Source of the DNA: a bacterium
Lineage (GTDB): Bacteria; UBP14; UBA6098; B30-G16
Length of the DNA stretch: 64,000 nucleotides
NCBI GenBank assembly: GCA_021162205.1
Contig: JAGGZE010000148.1
Location: 283 to 64,282 of the forward strand
Direction: 5' to 3'
Shown here: positions 58,424 through 64,000 of the stretch, in pieces
Numbering within the stretch: the stretch's first letter is position 1
Layout: every line of letters begins with the position of its first letter
Notes under the pieces: model-generated
The model's database searches: none
The model's input: the letters and a program-made list of their open reading frames with translations, nothing else
Told to the model about the DNA's origin: nothing
Position numbers and translations under genes: made by a program

Positions 58424-60732
58424 GATATTTTATTATAAAAATATCGGCGATTTTATTTCTTGGAGCAATCGGCATCGTTTATGGCTGGTCATTCGGCGAT
58501 GTCGTGATTAATGAACTTATGTGGATGGGAACATCCCGCAGCATTTACGATGAATATCTCGAAATTCGCAATATTACAGGCACCCCAATCAATTTTTCAA
58601 CGACACATTGGAGCATTTACCGAAACGATGAATTGCTTTTAGTTATAGATAATGGGATACTTTCGGCGAATGGATATTTTCTAATTTCACGGATGGATAC
58701 AATAAGTTCTGCACTAAATATTATGCCAGATATGGTTACTACCGCCTTGTTCTTGAATAATTCCGATGTGCAATATAAACTTTATGCAGGTCCCGACAAC
58801 ACATATACATTGCTCGATATCGCCGACGACGAAAGCGGTTCACCGCTTGCAGGAAACTATCACGGTTTTATGGGTGGAATATATTGGTCGATGGAGCGAA
58901 ACAATATTCCTGACGATGGCACACTCGAATCGAGCTGGCATACGGCTTGTTTATCGGTCGATTTCGATTCGGGTGCAATCGAGCGAGGAACTCCACGAGC
59001 GCCAAACCGAGAAAATTTCCCGCCATTCTGGAGTGGAGTAAATTTCCCATCGCTTTCTGCAGATGACAACGATTTGATTTTCACCGCTTTTTCCTGTCAG
59101 GATACCGATAATATTCCCGATTCGATGGAGGTAATCGGTATCTGGTGGAAAATTGGCGACCCGATGCCGATTTATACCGCAACACATTACAATGTTTCCG
59201 CTGGTGAAAATATCGATGTGATTTTGCCGCATACTTTCACGAAACCTGGAATGTATTATGCATGGCAGATTTCCTTGGATGATGGTCAGGATACGGTTTC
59301 ACAAGCTGGAACACTTTTTGTTCATTTTAATCGAAATGATATTTTAATCGATGAACTTTGCTGGGGTGGGTCGTCTCAAAGTTCGCAGGATGAATGGTTC
59401 GAGCTTTTAAACACAAGATACGATACAATTTATTTTGCACAAACTCCATTTTATCTTTGGCGGAAAAATCTCGCTGGTGAAAATATTTCATTCGATACTT
59501 TGAATTATGGTTCGCTTGCACCCAATAACCGTCTGCTTATAAAAAGACTTCCCTTCGACGATGAAAATACTGCTGTTGCTGTGTCTCCCAATATCGTTAT
59601 TCCCGATTTCACAATTTATAATAACAGGATTTTTCTTGGGATAACCGATTTGCCAGATACGAACTATTTTGTCGATGTCGCAGGTGATGGTTCACTTCCA
59701 TTTGCGGGAGCAAAAAGCACCGCCGATAGTCTTTGGGCATCGATGTTCAGGATTTCATCGGACTCCGATGGTTCGCTGCCATCATCGTGGAAAAGTAGTG
59801 CGGTTACGATAAATTTCAAGGATAGTCTGCTCGATAGAGGAACTCCCGGTGTGCAATCGATTCCCAACTATGCACCGAGATTGTTTTTGCCGGATACTCT
59901 TTCGTTTTTTGAGCCCGATACGGGAACGAAAGACACGGTATTTACATTCAGTATTATGTATTCCGACAGCGATGACACAGCACCCAATTCCGTTGTTCTG
60001 CTTGCGGATTTGAATAACGATGGCAACTGGGAATCGGATGAGATTTTTCCAATGACAGTAGTTTCTGACACACCCGATTTCATCGATGGGACGCTTTTAT
60101 CTGCGCAGGTTTCGGGTTTCGCACCGACTATGGATGGTGAATTATTTACTTTTCGAGTATCGGATAGTCTTGTGATTACGCCATTTCCAATCCCTGCTGA
60201 AAATGGTCCCATTATATATCCCGTTGCGGGAATTTGGCTTTCGGATAGTGTCTGGCGAACAGATACATTACACTGGCTTATGGATAAATTCGCAATAAGT
60301 CCACCGATTCAGGTTCGGAACACCGGCGATTTGCCTGAAATTATCGAGTTAAGAATAGCATCGGAGGATACATTCGAGCATGATTGCTGTTTTCCACACT
60401 GCGAGGGCGGATGGATTTCCACTTGTGACACATCGGAATTAAGCTGCAATATATATATGCTTTCGGCGATATTCTTACCCGATGGTGCGACACCAGATTC
60501 TTCCTATTTCGATGAGTTCGGCGATGACGATTGTCTCACTCCGATAAATTTCAAAATCGCACGAGGAGACACATTCGGCACATTTGGAGTGAATGCCGCA
60601 CAAAATTTACTTCGAGACGATTCGGCATTTTTATGGTTTTTCATAAATTTACCACATATTTCATACGGATTGCATACGAATGAGGCACATAAAATAACGG
60701 CCGAAATAAAATGTGTCGTGAATTTCCCGTAA
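58420..60732 (+). CDS. Secreted protein with two lamin-tail-like domains and a C-terminal pilin/WxL-like domain
   Basis: ATGA overlap with the giant gene; VVINELMWMG...DEYLEIRN and ILIDELCWGG...DEWFELLN, each ending RGTP; C-domain similar to the 29312 protein; no T9SS tail. Confidence 0.8.
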   Translation: MRYFIIKISAILFLGAIGIVYGWSFGDVVINELMWMGTSRSIYDEYLEIRNITGTPINFSTTHWSIYRNDELLLVIDNGILSANGYFLISRMDTISSALNIMPDMVTTALFLNNSDVQYKLYAGPDNTYTLLDIADDESGSPLAGNYHGFMGGIYWSMERNNIPDDGTLESSWHTACLSVDFDSGAIERGTPRAPNRENFPPFWSGVNFPSLSADDNDLIFTAFSCQDTDNIPDSMEVIGIWWKIGDPMPIYTATHYNVSAGENIDVILPHTFTKPGMYYAWQISLDDGQDTVSQAGTLFVHFNRNDILIDELCWGGSSQSSQDEWFELLNTRYDTIYFAQTPFYLWRKNLAGENISFDTLNYGSLAPNNRLLIKRLPFDDENTAVAVSPNIVIPDFTIYNNRIFLGITDLPDTNYFVDVAGDGSLPFAGAKSTADSLWASMFRISSDSDGSLPSSWKSSAVTINFKDSLLDRGTPGVQSIPNYAPRLFLPDTLSFFEPDTGTKDTVFTFSIMYSDSDDTAPNSVVLLADLNNDGNWESDEIFPMTVVSDTPDFIDGTLLSAQVSGFAPTMDGELFTFRVSDSLVITPFPIPAENGPIIYPVAGIWLSDSVWRTDTLHWLMDKFAISPPIQVRNTGDLPEIIELRIASEDTFEHDCCFPHCEGGWISTCDTSELSCNIYMLSAIFLPDGATPDSSYFDEFGDDDCLTPINFKIARGDTFGTFGVNAAQNLLRDDSAFLWFFINLPHISYGLHTNEAHKITAEIKCVVNFP

Positions 60733-60744
60733 AATATCTAAGAT

Positions 60745-60810
60745 AAACCTCTTTTGGAAAGGAGTGTAAGGAAAACCCCTTCTTTTAAGAACCATTTCCC
60801 TTACAAAATT
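60745..60810. repeat. Dispersed palindromic element, copy 2 (between convergent genes)
   Basis: AAACCTCTTTTGGAAAGGAGTGTAAGGAAAACCCCTTCTTTTAAGAACCATTTCCCTTACAAAA, related to 40420-40540. Confidence 0.7.
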
Positions 60811-60822
60811 TTCCAATTTAAA

Positions 60823-61746
60823 TTATTTCAGATAGAAAATGCTATATGCCGCAATCGTATGTTCTTCTCTTTTCGCGTTGACAAAATATATACCACTGGG
60901 ATTTTGTTTATTCGGTGTCCATATCGCTTTTAAATTGGATAATTGTGTAATGTCTGCGACAATTTTTCCCGATAAATCGGTGATTTGAATATTTTGAGTT
61001 CCCTTTGGCACATCGATTTCGCAAGATGAATTGAACGGATTGGGATAAGCATTTATGTCGAATGTTTGTGGAATTCCTTTTGTTTCGGCCACTTCGGACA
61101 AATCATACTCTCGCAAATAAGAATATGTCTCCGATGGTGTCATCGGATTGGGATTTACAGTAATCGATTGCACTTCACCAACTTCATAGGCATACCAATC
61201 CTCGAACTGCTCGAATGTATCCGAATATGAATACACCGGCATACCGCTTACAAATACTGTAACATCCATTTCATTTGTAATAACAATTTTTATGCAATCA
61301 TCGAATTCGCCTGCTGGAACATCGACATTCACGATAGATTCCGCTGTCGCATACATATAACTATAGATTTGATAAGTATAACCCGAATCGGAAAAAGTTG
61401 TGTCTATTGTTACAACATCCCAGACATCTCCCAGTGAAAAAGTAGTTGGAAACATTCTCGCCCAGAATTCATCCATTATAAGATGATATATTCCATCATC
61501 TCGAATTTCGTAATACGATGTGGAATTTGAATCGCCGCTTGTTTCCACTATGTATGCGGTATAGCTATCCAGTATTGTATCGCCCGTTATTTCGGTGGTG
61601 ATAAACGATACCGTATCCGCTGTGCTGTTAGAATCGACATAATTCCAGATATATCCTACACCGATTGGGAAATAATCGCTTGCGATGTATGTCTGGGCAA
61701 AAAGCAAACCTGCAAATGCGATGATGAAAATAATTGTGGTTTTCAT
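60823..61746 (-). CDS. Secreted protein with type-A T9SS-like C-terminal domain
   Basis: Signal peptide LFA-Q; YFP..VG..W.Y and V.VPAG.F..C.K beta-sheet motifs; YPNPFNSS...SGIYF tail. Confidence 0.8.
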   Translation of the reverse strand: MKTTIIFIIAFAGLLFAQTYIASDYFPIGVGYIWNYVDSNSTADTVSFITTEITGDTILDSYTAYIVETSGDSNSTSYYEIRDDGIYHLIMDEFWARMFPTTFSLGDVWDVVTIDTTFSDSGYTYQIYSYMYATAESIVNVDVPAGEFDDCIKIVITNEMDVTVFVSGMPVYSYSDTFEQFEDWYAYEVGEVQSITVNPNPMTPSETYSYLREYDLSEVAETKGIPQTFDINAYPNPFNSSCEIDVPKGTQNIQITDLSGKIVADITQLSNLKAIWTPNKQNPSGIYFVNAKREEHTIAAYSIFYLK

Positions 61747-61792
61747 AAAAATCCTCTTTTTTTGTAATTTTTCAGATTAAAATTTTTTTAAA

Positions 61793-62224
61793 TCATTTTC
61801 CAGTGCTGCCGAAACCGCCATTTCCTCGTTCTGTTTCTGTAACTTCATCGACCTCGATAAGTTCGGGCTCCGCGACAGGGCAGATAACCATCTGTGCAAT
61901 TCTATCGCCATTTTCGATTGTGATTGGTTCATCACCGAGATTGGCTAAAATAACTTTAATCTCGCCTCGATAGTCGGGGTCGATAGTGCCGGGAGAATTG
62001 AGCATAGTGAGTCCATATTTTATAGCGAGTCCGCTTCGAGGACGAATCTGTGCCTCGAAACCCTGTGGAACCTCGATTACAAAACCAGCAGGGACAATTG
62101 CTCTTTCACCGACTGCGAGTTCTATGGAATTATCGAGTCGAGCAAAAATATCGAAACCGACAGCGTTATCACTCATTTTACAAGGAATAATACCGTCACC
62201 AAATTTTTTTACCCCGATTTTCAT
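61793..62224 (-). CDS. dut: dUTP diphosphatase
   Basis: GFD, RPRSGLA, NSPGTIDPDYRGE, GDRIAQ, RG.GGFGSTG. Confidence 0.98.
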   Translation of the reverse strand: MKIGVKKFGDGIIPCKMSDNAVGFDIFARLDNSIELAVGERAIVPAGFVIEVPQGFEAQIRPRSGLAIKYGLTMLNSPGTIDPDYRGEIKVILANLGDEPITIENGDRIAQMVICPVAEPELIEVDEVTETERGNGGFGSTGK

Positions 62225-62290
62225 CGACGAAAAATAAATATAAAATATCGAATGTCAAGAGATTAAAAATCGATAAGAGGATATATAAAA

Positions 62291-62312
62291 GAGCGGATAT
62301 AAAAATCCGCTC
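62291..62312 (-). terminator. Intrinsic terminator after the LVIVD protein gene
   Basis: GAGCGGAT-ATAAAA-ATCCGCTC hairpin with a T tail on the minus strand. Confidence 0.65.
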
Positions 62313-62347
62313 CAACAAAAAGGGAAAACTATATTTTTGCAAACCCC

Positions 62348-64000
62348 TTATTTTACCAGAATTAATCTCTGTTCACTATTCGAAGTCGGTGTTTTTAGAA
62401 CGGCGAAATATGTTCCACTCGGTGAATCATCGCTGTTCCAATGCAATGTATATTTACCGGCGGGGACAACATCGTTTATCAATGTAACCACTTGTTTGCC
62501 GGTGACATCGTATATCGAAAAATCGAGTCGACTTTTTTCCGCAACCGAGAATGTTATCGCTGTCGATGAATTAAATGGGTTCGGATAAGCATCAATTATT
62601 TTGTTTTCGACAGGCAAATTCGGCGTTTTTCTCGTGTAAGTGTTCAAACTCGAAAGTCGATATACATAAACTCCCGCAAGTGCATCTATTCCATAAATCG
62701 AGCCATTATCGGCATAAATATGAGTCCAATACCCACTATTTGGAATTTCATCGACAAGTTCGACATCTGGTAGATGCGATATATCGAATACTTTCATCGC
62801 ACCCTGACCATCGGAAAGATATGCGAAATCGCCATCGATAGCGAGGTCGGTTCCCCAAACTGTCGTGTATGAATTTTCCAGCACAGGTTCTTTGGGATTC
62901 CCGACATTTATAACTGCCAGTCCATTGGGACCGTCGGCGGCGAGCAAATACTTGCCGACAAGTGCAATACCATTTCCACCTTCCTGACTGGTCTGAACCG
63001 AGCCGACAAACTGCGGTGCGCCATCGCCGAGTTTCCATATCTGATACCCGCCACGATAATCGGATGCATAAAGCAAATCCTGCGAAATAGCGATGTCGCA
63101 GAACTGAATCGAGCCATCCTTAATATTGTATAACTTGCTAAAATCGGTTGAATTCAAAATGTAAATTCCTTCGCTTCCAAGACTGACCGTGCAATATTTT
63201 TCACCAAATACGATTTCGCCGATAGGGTCGAGTTTATCGATTTTCGCGATAGGATATTCCGCAAGCCACTGACCATCGACATCGAATTTCTCGATGAAAA
63301 CATTGGCATCGGAATCTTTCCTTGCACCCAAAGCGTAAATTTCGCCGTTATGCGATTTCACATCCCAAGTAGTATGAAGGTATTCATTTCCGAATTTTTT
63401 CTCGACCACTGGATTTTCAGGAGAATTCACATCGATTAAAACGATACCAGAAAGTCCAGCGGCGACATAGAATTTATCGCCGAGTGCACATCCCCGTTGT
63501 GGAACATCGGATGTCGAGAAACTGCCGATTTCAAGAGGATGTTCGACATTGGAAATATCGAAAACCGAAAGTCCTTCATAGGTATTGGCAAGATAGATAT
63601 TGTCATCTTTTAGAACACAATCCACAGTCGGCAAATCGCTTAGGTTCCACAGCATAACAGGGTCTTTTCGGTTTTTTAATAATCGATATGTTGCAAAATT
63701 TGCCATTCCACCAGCGAAAACCACATCGTCGCGAACTCGAACAACTCTCGGTGACTCGAATGGGAAACTAAAAAGATTGGGTCCGAAAATATTTTTTTCA
63801 TCACGCTTGGGTTCATCGAGACGACCATAGAGAATAATATCTCGATACGCTTTAACCGCGGTATAAACACCCTTCTGGCTGCCATAGAGATAGAAATGCT
63901 GCGGGTCGGGAGTGAAAAAAGCTCCCAGACCGAGTTTGCCAGCGGCAGCAAAAAGTTTATTATTATAGTAATCGATTTTAAGCGGTGTGCCATTGAGTTC
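62348..64000 (-). CDS. LVIVD-repeat (beta-propeller-like) secreted protein with type-A T9SS-like tail, 5'-truncated by window edge
   Basis: Y.A....GL.V.D.S.P..P repeats; YPNPFNSST...SGTYF tail. I translated 63725-64000 and the frame has no stop. Confidence 0.88.
   Translation of the reverse strand, partial: ELNGTPLKIDYYNNKLFAAAGKLGLGAFFTPDPQHFYLYGSQKGVYTAVKAYRDIILYGRLDEPKRDEKNIFGPNLFSFPFESPRVVRVRDDVVFAGGMANFATYRLLKNRKDPVMLWNLSDLPTVDCVLKDDNIYLANTYEGLSVFDISNVEHPLEIGSFSTSDVPQRGCALGDKFYVAAGLSGIVLIDVNSPENPVVEKKFGNEYLHTTWDVKSHNGEIYALGARKDSDANVFIEKFDVDGQWLAEYPIAKIDKLDPIGEIVFGEKYCTVSLGSEGIYILNSTDFSKLYNIKDGSIQFCDIAISQDLLYASDYRGGYQIWKLGDGAPQFVGSVQTSQEGGNGIALVGKYLLAADGPNGLAVINVGNPKEPVLENSYTTVWGTDLAIDGDFAYLSDGQGAMKVFDISHLPDVELVDEIPNSGYWTHIYADNGSIYGIDALAGVYVYRLSSLNTYTRKTPNLPVENKIIDAYPNPFNSSTAITFSVAEKSRLDFSIYDVTGKQVVTLINDVVPAGKYTLHWNSDDSPSGTYFAVLKTPTSNSEQRLILVK

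Noticed and set aside
63676-63993. Separate 105-aa ORF or frameshift at the window end
   Set aside because: The LVIVD gene frame itself stays open to 64000 and continues the repeat pattern.

Overview
A gene-dense bacterial chromosomal window, roughly 40% GC by eye, with about 39 CDS. I recognised no rRNA, tRNA, CRISPR array or transposase. Shine-Dalgarno sites and TTGACA-type promoters occur together with six proteins carrying type IX secretion (T9SS)-like C-terminal domains. This suggests a non-Bacteroidia member of the FCB group, probably an anaerobic amino-acid fermenter (inference). Housekeeping genes (ribF, dxr, gcvT, comB, pgeF, rimO, ttcA-like, fabG, xerC, argF, rluD, rmlD, 2-oxoacid:ferredoxin oxidoreductase, dut) are interleaved with surface-protein loci. 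The top candidate for a new system is a pair of related loci (24654-30175 and 47024-60732). Each has a Cys-patterned Ig-like repeat protein (1283 aa and 3799 aa) with a type-B T9SS-like tail, followed by genes sharing an unnamed pilin/WxL-like domain; one locus also has a PapD/DUF916-like chaperone candidate. Other highlights are a SLOG + ADP-ribosyltransferase-like fusion, a Ser/Thr kinase-ATPase-TPR-GAF-sigma54 activator, TCGA excess with GATC avoidance, dense D-(S/T) glycosylation-like sequons, leaderless-looking genes and dispersed palindromic repeats. All calls come from reading motifs by eye; no searches were run.
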